Position numbers and translations under genes: made by a program. A stretch of DNA of 64,000 bases from Octopus vulgaris (taxonomy: Eukaryota), in assembly GCA_951406725.2 (NCBI GenBank), contig OX597833.1, forward strand, positions 3,472,001 through 3,536,000, written 5' to 3'. Numbering within the stretch: the first letter of the stretch is position 1; each line of letters opens with the position of its first letter. Of the stretch, positions 42,892 to 57,232 are shown one piece after another. The notes under the pieces were generated by a model that worked only from the letters and a program-made list of their open reading frames with translations, was not told where the DNA came from and did not search any database.

Positions 42892-43000
<109 letters not shown>

Positions 43001-43321
43001 TCTTCATTTTAATCCGTTCTGCAAAACTTCCCAAATTTATTTTGAATTCTTGTAAATATAATTTAAAAAGTTTGTTCAAAGAATAATTAAATATAAATAA
43101 ATAAATAAATAATGAATTAAATAAGTAAATTACAAGAAATGATTGAAACAAAAAATAAATCATAAATAAAACAAATATATATTAGGTACTTTGGTTCTTC
43201 GTTTATCGTTATTTTTTTTATTCATTGCAAATAATAATAATAATAATAATAATGATAATAATGATAATAATAACAACAACAATGGAAACAGCAACAACCA
43301 CAACAATAATAGCAAGAAGGA

Positions 43322-43387
<66 letters not shown>

Positions 43388-43715
43388 CAACAACAACAAA
43401 AACGAAAACAACATCAACAGCAACAACCACAATGAGGAGGAGGAAGAGGAGGAGGAGGAGGACAGCGACTACGATGATGATGATGACAACAACAACCACG
43501 ACAATAATAATAATAATAATTATAATAATAATAATAATAACAACAACAACAATAACAATAATGATAATAATAATAATAACAACAACAGCAACAATAATAA
43601 TAATATTAATAATAATAATAATAACAACAACAACAACAATAACAACAACAACAGCAGCAGCAACAACAACAACAACAATAATAATAATAATAATAATAAT
43701 AACAACAACAGCAGC

Positions 43716-43757
<42 letters not shown>

Positions 43758-44334
43758 AATAATAATAATAATAATCCCTTCTGCCAAATGATGATGATGA
43801 TGATGATGATGAGATTTTGTTCTTTCAATTTTGTTCTCATTGTTTATTATTATTATTATTGTTGTTGTTGTTGTTATTTTCCTCATGAAAAATGAGAATA
43901 TGATTTAGCAGGACATATTGGAGAATTATAATTCCTTATTGGTCTGTTGTTTCTGTTTTTTATTTTTGCATTTCGTTTTTTTTTTTTTTGTTTTAATTTG
44001 TTTTCGATAATAATTTAATTCTCGTTATTTTTTATTTGTCGATTGTTTATAATTTGTTTAAGTTTCATTAGTTTTTTGTTTTTTTTGCTGTGTGTGTGTA
44101 TGTGTGTTGTTGTTGTTGTTTTTGCGGTATCTTCCGTTCGATTTTGGAAAAAACAAAACAGATTGCGTCGGATTATATAAGGATTTTAGTTTGTCTGCCG
44201 CTTTTATGGAGAAGTTCTGGATAAAGAAGAACCACATCCACAGCACACACACGTATATATGTCTGTCTGAGTGAGCTGCCAGTTTGATATTATGTGCGTA
44301 TATGTGTATGTGCCTGTATCTGTGTGTGTGTGCA

Positions 44335-44370
<36 letters not shown>

Positions 44371-44504
44371 TGTGTGTGCATGTATGTATGTATGTATGTA
44401 TGTATGCATGTGTGTGTATGTATGTATGTATGTATGTATGCATGTATGTATATATATATGTATGTATGTATGTATACATATATATTTGTGTATGTATATA
44501 TGTA

Positions 44505-44554
<50 letters not shown>

Positions 44555-44722
44555 TAATTGAATGAACTCCATTCTTTTTCATTTATTTATATATATATAT
44601 ATGTATATATATATATACATATATATATACATGAATGTATATGTGTATATATATATATGTATGTGTATATATACCTAAATATATATGTATATATATATAT
44701 ATGTATATATATGTATGTATGC

Positions 44723-44753
<31 letters not shown>

Positions 44754-44833
44754 CAATCACACATATACATATAGATAAATATATATGTATATCTGTATAT
44801 GTGTGTGTGTATATATATATGCATATGTGCATG

Positions 44834-44872
<39 letters not shown>

Positions 44873-45897
44873 GCATAGGTGTATGTAGGTATATATAGGC
44901 ATATATGTATGTATATGTATCATCTTCATCATCATCACCCTAGTATGTGTGCATGTGTGTGCGCTGCACGCGTGTGCATGCATGTGTGTGTGTGTGTGTG
45001 TATACAACTTCCCCATCAGTAGAAGACAAATTACAGGTGAGTGGTTCCTGGCTGCATTTCCTTTCCTTTGATCTTTTCAATATCAACACTTTCCTGCCTT
45101 TCGTCATCCATTTGGGAACGTCACCTGTCTCAATACAACCGTTTCGTTATATAATTTCGCTGTGTAATGCAGTGAAATGTTCTAACCAAAATTCCTGAAC
45201 CAAATCTGCTCCAGGAGATTTACAGTATGGAATCCCTTTTAAGACATTTTTCAAACATTTTTCAACTTTTCCTCTGTGTTCTTCATGTTTCTTTGTTTTC
45301 GTGTTATTTGTCTTAATCTTTTTTTTTTAACCATTCTACATTGCCAATGTGTTTCAGTTCTTAGCTCCAAGTATCTCTCCAGAATTCTTTTGTCTCTCTT
45401 CCATGTTAGAAAATACATTCACCATATCAACTCCATTTAATTCCTTGCAAAATCCTACTTTGATCCATTTCAAACCATTTTATTTTCGTTCAATTTTGTT
45501 CTTGTATTTCTTGATCTTGGCAGGTTTCGCTTTTATCCATTCTTTTAATTCTTCCATCACTTTCCTTCATCCATTTTTGTTTCAGCCAGTACTTTCTTTG
45601 GACAGCTTTATGGAATCTAGTTTTTATCTTATCCCCAGGGCTAAGAACTTCTACTCTTACAAGGTCCTTTCACAATTGATCAGCCTGTCCCTGTAATCAC
45701 TATTTCCACGGAGGTTGTCTCTTTCTGTCTTTGGCATTGTGATGTTTTCACTTCAACTCCATCACAACCATTGCTGCAGCATATATTAAGTTATCAGTCA
45801 TGGTGATATCATTATATCATTATTTCTGATCTTGTCCAAGACTTGGTTAACAATCTCTTTACTATTTCATTCTTCTTTAATTTTTTTTATTGATAAC

Positions 45898-46190
45898 TGT
45901 GGTGTGTGCACGATTTGAATATAAAGGCACCTACTTTCTCTTCCTCGTGATGGAGACCCTTCTGTGGTAACTAATCCTTCGACACAGCCCCGACCCGAAC
46001 ACTAAAGATAGCAGCTGCTTACCCAAACCCTTAGCGACCGTCCTCACACATCTTGTCACCTGGACGACCCACGTTGGAAAGGCCCAATTCACCGCTGCCT
46101 GCACACGCCTGACAGCTGCCCCTTCCGGTTGCCCCAGCTTCCGGTCAACGCACCCAGCTGCTGACATCCAGCTGCTGACGTCATCCCACA
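45898..46190. mobile_element. Solo LTR (293 bp)
   Basis: TGTGG...CCACA termini, perfect 5-bp TSD ATAAC on both sides, GC- and CpG-richer than its flanks. Confidence 0.85.
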
Positions 46191-47193
46191 ATAACCTTTT
46201 TCCTCTCATCTGACTGGGTTACATCATGTAGTCTACCAGCAATGTCCAGTTCTTCATCAGACAAACTATGTTTTGGTTCCATAAGCAGAGTTAGCAGTCA
46301 CATGACACATAGCATTTGAACCCCTGTATCTCTACCTTCGTGGAGGCACATGGCCTAGTGGTTAGAGCAGCAGACTCGCAGTCAAGGAATTGTGAGTTCG
46401 AATCTCAGACCGGGCGATGTGTGTGTTTGTGAGCGAAACACCTAAGCTCCACGCGGCTCTGGCAGAAGGTAATGGCGAACTTCTGCTGACTCTTTTGCCA
46501 CAACTTTCTCTCACTCTTTCCTCCTGCAGCTCACCTGCGACGGACCGGCGTCCTGTCCAGGTGGGAAACCTATACGCCAAGGAAACCAGGAAACCAGCCC
46601 TTATGAACCAGGTATGGCTCAAGAAGGAACAAAAACAAAAACATCCCTACCTTCATTGACATCCTCTGTCTTTTCTATTTTGCTATCATTTATCAGGTAG
46701 ATCCTACGTTTGATTCCTTCAATTAGTTCTTCTATTGATCAGCCTTTCCTTTTTATTTGTCTTACTCGGTCACCTGTTCAAGCCATGTCTCCCTTATTGT
46801 GTCCATAGAGCCAAATATGCTAGGTTTACTTCAGATGTAACATTCCATTACAGTTGCATTAAGACTGCTCCACTCAATCTTTCCTCTTTTCTTTCATAGC
46901 ACAGAAACTAAATGACAACTTGGCCTACCTTATTGGGAAGTAGGACATTTGCCCAGCATTGCCTCCCTTTAGCATCTCCTTCTGAGGAAGGCTAAGGAAC
47001 CAGAAATACACCTGAGAATCCAATAGGGGGCAGCACAGGACAGATATGGTGTTTTTACACCTTTTACCATAAGAGAGAATTTTTTTTCTCCACAGTAGCT
47101 GCTGTCAATTTGCATTTAGATGATAAAATACATCATCAACTTTCTCATTCTCTCAAAATTGCTGGCCTTGTGCAAAAATAAGAAAGTATTATA

Positions 47194-47237
<44 letters not shown>

Positions 47238-47253
47238 CATCATCATCATCATT

Positions 47254-47312
<59 letters not shown>

Positions 47313-47535
47313 TATTATTATTATTATTGTAGGAGTTTTTGCTGCTGTTGCTGTTGTTTAAGTTGTCTTCACTGAATGCCCAAGAAAACATTGTCTTTCT
47401 ACCCCCCCCCCCTCCCTGCTGATATAAATGTATTAAACAAACCCTAAAACCACGTAACAACCACACATGATTATCAAATACAGACTCTGATACCCCACTT
47501 AATATATCTGAGACTTTTGCATTTACTCTTTGCAG

Positions 47536-47681
47536 GATTCATTGCTAACCGTTTTGGCGGCAAATACGTCTTTGGTGGTGGTGTCTTCATAACAGCAATC
47601 TTGAATCTCTTTACACCACTCTGCATACACTGGAACTTGCTGTCTCTGGTCATTCTCAGGATATTTGAAGGTCTTTTTGAG
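47536..47681 (+). CDS. SLC17/sialin-like exon (TM3-TM4)
   Basis: ctttgcag acceptor, GAG|gtaagc donor; 146 nt, phase 1 to 0. Encodes GFIANRFGGKYVFGGGVFITAILNLFTPLCIHWNLLSLVILRIFEGLFE, including the TM4 RxxEGLxE motif. In phase with the previous exon across a 17,875-bp intron. Confidence 0.96.
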
Positions 47682-47802
47682 GTAAGCAGTCAATGCATTA
47701 TTATGGTATGGCAGGGGACAGGATGGGACAGGATGCCTCCCGTCTCCGGCTCACATTGATGTCTTCATATCTTGATGACAAGAAAACATATATACCACTC
47801 CT

Positions 47803-48202
47803 AGGCGCAGGAGTGGCTGTGTGGTAAGTAGCTTGCTAACCAACCACATGGTTCCGGGTTCAGTCCCACTGCGTGGCGCCTTGGGCAAGTGTCTTCTGCT
47901 ATAGCCCCGGGCCGACCAATGCCTTGTGAGTGGATTTGGTAGACGGAAACTGAAAGAAGCCCGTCGTATATATGTATATATATATAAGTGTGTGTATATA
48001 TGGTTGTGTGTCTGTGTTTGTCCCCCTAGCATTGCTTGACAACCGATGCTGGTGTGTTTACGTCCCCCATCACTTAGCAGTTCGGCAAAAGTGATCGATG
48101 GAATAATTACTGGGCTTACAAAGAATAAGTCCCGGGGTCGATTTGCTCGACTAAAGGTGGTGCTCCAGCATGGCCACAGTCAAATGACTGAAACAAGTAA
48201 AG
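47803..48202 (+). mobile_element. SINE family A
   Basis: Full-length copy beginning aggcgcaggagtggctgtgtgg. Confidence 0.85.
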
Positions 48203-48212
48203 AAAAAAAATA

Positions 48213-48435
48213 CATAATACAAATAAGAAAATGGAGGAACAAATTCATTTCGATCATCAACTTACAGATTTATTTGTATTATTTTTATTGTATTATTAAT
48301 TTGCATATTGATGTATATTGTTTTGTTCGATTTTGATGTTCCTATTTGCATAATTAATAAATAATATGAAATTGTAATTTCCGTAAGTTGATGATCGAAA
48401 TGAATTTGTTCCTCCATTTTCTTATTTGTATTATG
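48213..48435. repeat. Perfect 53-bp inverted repeat with a 117-nt AT-rich spacer
   Basis: 48213-48265 versus 48383-48435. Confidence 0.9.
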
Positions 48436-48640
48436 AATTTACAGTAAAATATTTTTTACCTTCACCCATCCAATACAATAAATGAATTAATTGCATTGCA
48501 ATTATAAGCATTTATGTATTTAGTATTTGGGTGCTTCACCAGCAGTATATTGGATAACTGATATCCCATAGTGGGTTACCCTCATAACCCCTATCTTACT
48601 TTGTATTATATATATATACTTATATATCATCCTCATCTCA

Positions 48641-48915
48641 TCATCATTTAGCGTCCGCTTTCCATGCTAGCATGGGTTGGAAGGTTCAACTGGGGTCTGG
48701 GAAGCCAGACGGCTGCACCAGGCCCAGTCTGATCTGGCAGTGTTTCTACGGCTGGATGCCCTTCCTAGCGCCAACCACTCCGTGAGTGTAGTGGGTGCTT
48801 TTTACGTGCCACCCGCACAGGTGCCAGACGGAGCTGGCAAACGGCCACGGACGGATGGTGCTTTTTACATGCCACTGGCACGGGGGCCAGGCGAGGCTGG
48901 CAATGGCCACGATCG

Positions 48916-48918
<3 letters not shown>
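48641..48918 (-). mobile_element. SINE-like family D with RTE-type 3' end and (GAT)n tail; also at 1-187 (-), 5726-5966 (+), about 15190-15440 (+), 34898-35460 (+) and 55158-55291 (-)
   Basis: Shared taggaagggcatccagccgtagaaac...catggaaa.cggacg.taaa.gatgatg. Confidence 0.8.
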
Positions 48919-48993
<75 letters not shown>

Positions 48994-49235
48994 CAGATAA
49001 TCAGAAAATGGAGAAAACCTCAGATTAACAAACACATCGATTGGACCATATTTATAGCTTATCTTTTAATACAAAGCATGACATAACAAAATAGGGGACA
49101 AACAAATCTTACAGCCGTTTCCACATCCATTGCCCACCATTGTCTGTAAATGATTGTAAAAATAAAATTCTTCATCTTCATAGGATGAATTCGAATTAAG
49201 GCACAGAGCTTCATCACCCAATATAAACAAAGGAA

Positions 49236-49270
<35 letters not shown>

Positions 49271-49963
49271 CTTAACTTTTTAAAATATGCAATATAGCCA
49301 AAAAGTTTGGAATATAGGTCTGAAAATTTTCAAACCTATTTCAATATTTAATATAAAACTTTTTATATAAAATGCCCAAATATATATGTTGTATATATCT
49401 AAATCGAATTGTACTTGGACATAACAATTTTAATTTCTTAAAAAGTGTTCCAAAAGTGCTCCAAACATGACCATCTTTGCTAACTTCTGTTTGCCACATT
49501 TTATTTTCATGTCAAATATTGTCTGCACTAATCTTCAACCTCTTCCTGTCTCATTTCTCCCAAGACAGAATCTGCCAATGTCACCGTTTTTACAGAAGTT
49601 TGCAATTGATGTCAGGATCTTGTAGATTCTAATGTCTACAGACCAGGTTCCATTTGCTGACAGATTTGGCTTCTACTTCAAGCTGGACATGTGACTTCTT
49701 AGAGACCCCACATTAGCAATGAAGATGATGATGATGGTGGTGATTGTAGTTGTGGTGGTTGTTGTTGTGGTGGTGGTGTTGGTGGTGGTGGTGGTGGTGG
49801 TGGTGGTGGTGGTAGTGGTGGTTGTGGTGGTGTGGTGGTGTTGGTGGTGGTGGTGGTGGTGGTGGTGGTGGTGGTGGTGGTTGTGGTGGTTGTGGTGTGT
49901 GGTGGTGGTGGTGGTGGTGGTGATAATGATGATGTTATTGTTGTTGTTTCTATTACTCCACAG

Positions 49964-50051
49964 GGAATTACTTATCCATCCATCCATGCCCTATGGGCAA
50001 AATGGGCTCCGCCGCTTGAAAAGACGAAGCTGGCTACCATTGCATTTTCAG
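49964..50051 (+). CDS. SLC17/sialin-like exon
   Basis: ccacag acceptor, G|gtaaga donor; 88 nt. Encodes [29 protein letters not shown](G), with the SLC17 WAPPxE hallmark. Confidence 0.97.
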
Positions 50052-50179
50052 GTAAGAGTATTATTGTCTCAAAGACTCACACGCATGCACACATACATAC
50101 ACACAGCATGTGGTTGCAAAAGGAAGTTCTTCGCCACACTACGATTCCTGCACCTCAACCTACACCTGAACCTAAAGCC

Positions 50180-50366
50180 ACAGTTTTGCCCATATCCACA
50201 GCTTTGCCTATAACTGAGGTTTTGCCTATAACCATGTTTTTGCCTATAATCATACCTGTTCTTATAGGCATATTTGTGCCTATAGCCATACCTGTGCCTA
50301 TAGCCATGGTTTTGCCTATAGCCATAGATGTGCCTATAGGCCTATTTGAGCCTATAGCCATACCTG
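50180..50366. repeat. 18-bp minisatellite just downstream of exon 49964-50051
   Basis: gcctatagccatacctgt-like units. Confidence 0.8.
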
Positions 50367-50541
50367 CAAGGTCAGGTGGTTTATGACAGACACTACGTTT
50401 GATTCCCATAAGTCATCTTACAACTTTTTTTCTGTCTTCTGATATGTGTGTGTGTGTGAGTGAGAGAGAGAGATGTGTGTGTGTGTGTGTGTATGCATCT
50501 ATTAGTCTCAGTGTGTGCATCTATGTAAATATGTATATATG

Positions 50542-50572
<31 letters not shown>

Positions 50573-50919
50573 ATGTGGAGGTGCAATGGCCCAGTGGTTA
50601 GGGCAGCGGACTCGCGGTCGGAGGATTGCGGTTTCGATTCCCAGACCGGGCGTTGTGAGTGTTTATTGAGCAAAAACACCTAAAAACTCCGCGAGGCTCC
50701 GGCAGGGGTTGGTGGTGACCCCTGTTGTACTCTTTCACCACAACTTTCTCTCACTCTCTCTTCCTGTTTCTTGAGTAACGCTATGATGGACTGGCGTCCC
50801 GTCCAGCTGGGGGGGAACACATACACCACAGAAACTGGGAAACCGGGCCTATCAGCCTGACTAGGCTTGAAAAGGGCAACGTTTATCATTATGTATGTAT
50901 GTATATATATATGTGTGTG

Positions 50920-50950
<31 letters not shown>

Positions 50951-50970
50951 ATATATATACACACATACAC

Positions 50971-51010
<40 letters not shown>

Positions 51011-51027
51011 ATATGTGTATATATATG

Positions 51028-51062
<35 letters not shown>

Positions 51063-51299
51063 TGCGTATATATCTTCATGAATGTATGTATGTGTGTGGG
51101 TATTGCATATATATACATTAATAATATTTTATAAGCTTAAGCCTTATAAGGGATCAATGTGTAATGGTGTATGTGTGATTCCTTATAAGCTTTAAGCTTA
51201 TAGAATATTATAATCGTTATCATTTATAGAATTGTAAAGACATATATAAATATATACATATATACATACATACATATATATACATACATACATATACAT

Positions 51300-51348
<49 letters not shown>

Positions 51349-51400
51349 CCTGTTTGTCGTTCATACACGACTTCGTCTTTTGTTGTTCTATAAATTTCAA

Positions 51401-51480
<80 letters not shown>

Positions 51481-51724
51481 ATGTTTACACATGCAGTTCT
51501 TGATCTGAGTTTGCATTTCTATGCACATTTATCAAGTTAAACTTCCTTGTTTACCAGTCCGAACGATATCAAAAGCACACACACACACACACACACACTT
51601 ATACATACACACATACATGCACACAGATACACGACCACAACCATACATACACACATATACAATGGAATTTCAAGCTAAATCCTTTCTCTAATGTCGTTTT
51701 TCCCTCTTCCTTTTGCTCTTTTAG

Positions 51725-51814
51725 GTTCCTACTTTGGCACTGTCATATCTTTACCAATATCAGGCGTTCTGGCAAAATCTTCTTTAGGATGGCCATCCAT
51801 ATTTTATTTCTGGG
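51725..51814 (+). CDS. SLC17/sialin-like exon (TM5-TM6)
   Basis: Polypyrimidine tract plus tttag acceptor, G|gtgagt donor; 90 nt, phase 1 to 1. Encodes GSYFGTVISLPISGVLAKSSLGWPSIFYFW(G). Too short for the ORF track. Confidence 0.96.
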
Positions 51815-52091
51815 GTGAGTGCAATCATTTATATTTATTTTCATAATCATAGGCATAGGCGCAATGGCCCAGTGGTTAGGGCAGCGGACTTGCGGTCGGA
51901 GGATCGCAGTTTCAATTCCCAGACCGGGCGTTGTGTGTGTTTATTGAGCGAAAACACCTAAAAAGCTCCACGAGGCTCCGGCAGGGGATGGTGGTGATCC
52001 CTGCTGTACTCTTTCACCACTCTAAAGGCGGTGCTCCAGCATGGCCGCAGTCAAATGACTGAAACAAGTACAAAAAAAAAAAAAAAAAAAT

Positions 52092-52331
52092 AGGAGTGGC
52101 TGTGGGGTAAGTAGCTTGCTTACCAACCACACAATAATAATGAAATTATTGTATACATGGTTCCAGGTTCAGTCCCACTGCATGGCAAGTAACTTGCTTA
52201 CCAACCACATGGTTCCGGGTGCAGTCCCACTGTGTGGCACCTTGGGCAAGTGTCTTCTACTATAGCCTCGGACTGACCAAAGCCTTGTGAGTGGATTTGG
52301 CAGACGGAAACTGAAAGAAGCCCATCGTATA

Positions 52332-52378
<47 letters not shown>

Positions 52379-52383
52379 ATATG

Positions 52384-52414
<31 letters not shown>

Positions 52415-52605
52415 TTGTCCACCCAACATTGCCTGACAACTGATGCTGGTGTGTTTACATCCCTGTGACTCAGTGGTTCAGCAAAAGAGACCAATAGAAT
52501 AAGTACTAGGCTTACAAAGAGTAAGTCCTGGGGGTCGATTTGCTCAACTAAAGGCAGTGCTCCAGCATGGCCACAGTCAAATGACTGAAACAAATAAAAG
52601 AATAA
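52092..52605 (+). mobile_element. SINE family A with a partially duplicated head
   Basis: Head segments ttgcttaccaaccac and catggttcc occur twice. Confidence 0.8.
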
Positions 52606-54035
52606 ATCCTTGCAGATAAAGCATAAAACTATGTGCAGATTATGTGGTGCTCAATAGACAGGTGAAACAGGTAATTTTCTGGCTGATTGCTTTCATTAGC
52701 ACCTTTACAGCAGTCTTTAATCCTTCAGCGTCCACATTATACGCTGAATTAATTAGCATTATGTTACAGCCTTGAGGTTTCCATGATGTGATTGATTATT
52801 TTTAGAATGGCAGTGTAGATTAGGTGTGAGAGGCCAGAAATGACCAGTGTCAATGTAAAGCATGTAAAATATTTTGGCCAGATGTGGTCAGTTTAAACTC
52901 CTAAAAGGTCAAAACTCTTTGACCCAATCCATGGCCCACTACTGGTCACTCTACCAATCATGTCTTTGTCAGGTATTTCTTATTTCTCTATTGCCCACAA
53001 GGGGCTAAACATAGAGGGTGCAAACAAGAACAGACAAAGGGATTAAGTCTATTACATCGACCCCAGTGCATAACTGATACTTCTTTCATCGGCCCCGAAA
53101 GGATGAAAGGCAAAGACAACCTTCGGTGGAATTTGAACTCAGAACGTAATGGCAGACAAAATACCACTAAGCATTTCACCAGGCATGCTAACGTTACTTA
53201 TTTCTTTATTGGCCACAGGGGTCTAAACACAGAGGGGATAAACAAAGACGGACAAAGGGATTAAGTCAATTACATCGACCTCAGTGCGTAACTGGTACTT
53301 AATTTATCGACCCTGAAAGGATGAAAGGCAAAGTCGACCTCGGCAGAATTTGAACTCAGAACGTAACGGCAGATGAAATATGGCTATGCATTTCGCCCGG
53401 CGCTCTAACATTTCTGCCAGTTCACTGCCTTTATAGCTCTAATCAGCCCTAACCAAACCATCCAACCCATGTCAGCATGGACAACAGACATTAAATGACA
53501 ATGATGATGATGATGATGATGATGACAACTTCCTCCATAAAAATGGCTGCTCATATGTGTGTGTTGTGTGAATACATGTGCAATTGTGGGTAATTTATGA
53601 TGAGCTGCTGAATGGTACAACCAGTCTTTGAACAAGGACAGCAATATCATAAGAAGGACCTGTCTCTCATGTCAGTTCACAGCGTCTGCCTTTCCAGTAT
53701 CTGCTGCTGAAGAGGAGATAACCACTCTGAACTCTAAGCAACCAACAATCTGGTTACGTGACTTTGTCAACTGGTTCTGTGGATTTATGCTTATTTGTTT
53801 GCAGCAAGAAATTTTCTTCATGACAGAATCCAGTAAATGACCTTTTTTATGGACTCAGATATGCCTCAAGTTTGTATTTATACGCATCACTGTTGACTCT
53901 GTTGACAAACTATTTACCATGATCGCTGATCTGGCAAAACAAGAAATAACAAAAGCCCTTAAACAATAAAATATTTCTCCCTTTCCTCCATGTTGTAACC
54001 TTCCTTTTTCCATCTCTCACTCTCTCTTCCTTCAG

Positions 54036-54071
<36 letters not shown>

Positions 54072-54233
54072 ATCCCAAGCATGCATAACAGCTAATTTTT
54101 ACCCATTTCCTCTAACCTTTCTCTGTGTCCACACGTTCATGAAATAAGAACAAAGACTAGCTCAATGCATTCCCACTGAATAAATAAGGACCTTGTTCAT
54201 ACGTCAGAAACTCTCTCTCTCTCTCTCTCTCTG

Positions 54234-54272
<39 letters not shown>

Positions 54273-54459
54273 GTCTCTCTCTCTCTCCCTCCTCTAATTA
54301 CACACAAGCTAAAAGGAACTTCTATACTTTATCATGTTATCAATAAATATATCTGATGCAGAAGAGCACCACCCATTGTTCAGCTGAATTCTAGTTTTTC
54401 TACTGATGTGCATATGCATGTGGGGGAGTGCATGCGTATGTATGTGTATATACATATAA

Positions 54460-54494
<35 letters not shown>

Positions 54495-54899
54495 TATGTG
54501 TGTATATACACATACATACGTGTGTGTTTGTGTGTGCATGTGTATATGTATGTATATGTACATTCATCATCATCATCATCATCGACGTTAAATGATGATG
54601 ATGATGATGATAATGATGTATGTATGCATGCATCTACGTATATATGTATGTATGTACATGCGTGTGAGTCATCTAAGAGTCCATAAGTCATATATATATT
54701 TATTTATATACAGATATGCACACACACATGTATGTACACATACACACAGCTATACATATATACATGTGTGCATATATATATATTTATATAATTAATCAAT
54801 ATAGGGTGGCAAAAAAAAAAAAAATTTTGTAGAATTCTTTTGCCACCAGCGGCCTAGTAGGAAAAAATTAAATAGTCATAGACCATTTTTAAGTTCAAC

Positions 54900-55132
54900 A
54901 TCAACAATCAAGGAACGGCCATAATAGGCCATTCACCCACTAGAAATAACAGCCAAAGCTTCAACCGCAAATAAAAGTTAATTCTGTAAACCAGGAGAAA
55001 ATTTAAAAAACAGGGTAAATGTTTTTTAAATTTTCTCCTGGTTTACAGAATTAACTTTTATTTGCGGTTGAAGCTTTGGCTGTTATTTCTAGTGGGTGAA
55101 TGGCCTATTATGGCCGTTCCTTGATTGTTGAT
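54900..55132. repeat. Perfect palindrome: 113-bp arms, 7-nt spacer
   Basis: 54900-55012 is the exact reverse complement of 55020-55132; spacer gggtaaa. Confidence 0.95.
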
Positions 55133-55290
55133 ATATATTTATATATATATATATATATCATCATCGTCGTTTAACGTCCGTTTTCCATGCTAGCATGGGT
55201 TGGACGGTTCGACCGGGGTTCTGGGAAGCCAGAAGGCTGCACCAGGCTCCAGTCTAATCTGGCAATGTTTCTACAGCTGGATGCCCTTCC

Positions 55291-55341
<51 letters not shown>

Positions 55342-55511
55342 ACATGTGTATATGTGTATGCATGTGTATGTGTATGTGTCTGTGTGTGAGTATTGGAACC
55401 TATCTTTTTATCTAACTATACATCTGTGAATTTATCCATCTCTTTATCTATCCATCCTTCTGTCTACCTATCTACATTTCTTTCCACCAATTTATCTCTC
55501 TCTGCCTCCAG

Positions 55512-55645
55512 GTACCGTGGCTATTGTATGGTTCCTATTCTGGTGTTACTTGGTCAGTGAATCCCCTTCTGACCACAGGTACATATCACAAGAAGAGCTG
55601 GAGTTCATACAACACAGTATCGGTTACGGTGTTGAACAAACCAAG
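55512..55645 (+). CDS. SLC17/sialin-like exon (TM6 and central loop)
   Basis: ctccag acceptor, AAG|gtaacg donor; 134 nt, phase 1 to 0. Encodes GTVAIVWFLFWCYLVSESPSDHRYISQEELEFIQHSIGYGVEQTK, matching WFxxW..SP.xH..IS..E..YI. Confidence 0.95.
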
Positions 55646-55811
55646 GTAACGTACATCTCTCCCTTCTCTCTCTCACTCATCCTAACTCGTGCCCTCTCTC
55701 TCTCTCTCGCTCTCTCTATCTATCTATTAATTTGTCTGTCTGTCTATCTATCTCTCTACTACCTTGTAATTTGTTCTATCTGTGTGCAGCCCTGTGTGGC
55801 TAATAAAGAAA

Positions 55812-56780
<969 letters not shown>

Positions 56781-57188
56781 ACTACCATACTCTCATTAGA
56801 TATAACTTAATTCGCAATTAATGGATTAATGAAATCCGTCATACTATTGTTGCCTTCGTTAATTGCTGTTGTCATTAATGTTGCTTTTTCTTAGGATTGC
56901 TTTTTTTGTTATTTTAATCGTTTTTTTTGTAACATTTTATATTCATTCTTTTATGCGGTATGCCCACAGGTCTCAAGTGCAAGTGTGTATATGTGTATAT
57001 ATGCATGCGTGTCTATTGGCTATAGTGTGTGTGTGTGAGAGAGAGAGTGTGTGCAGTTGTGTATTTGCTTGTGCGTGATTCAATACGCTTGTCTCTTACA
57101 TTTGTGTGTGTGCATGTGTGTGTGTGTAAGTGTGTGTGTGTGTGTGTGTGTAATTTATGTACTTATGTTGATACATGTATATTGTGTT

Positions 57189-57232
<44 letters not shown>

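Noticed and set aside
45100-45890. Possible decayed LINE fragment on the minus strand
   Set aside because: Only vague reverse-transcriptase-like residues; no convincing motif could be read without a search.
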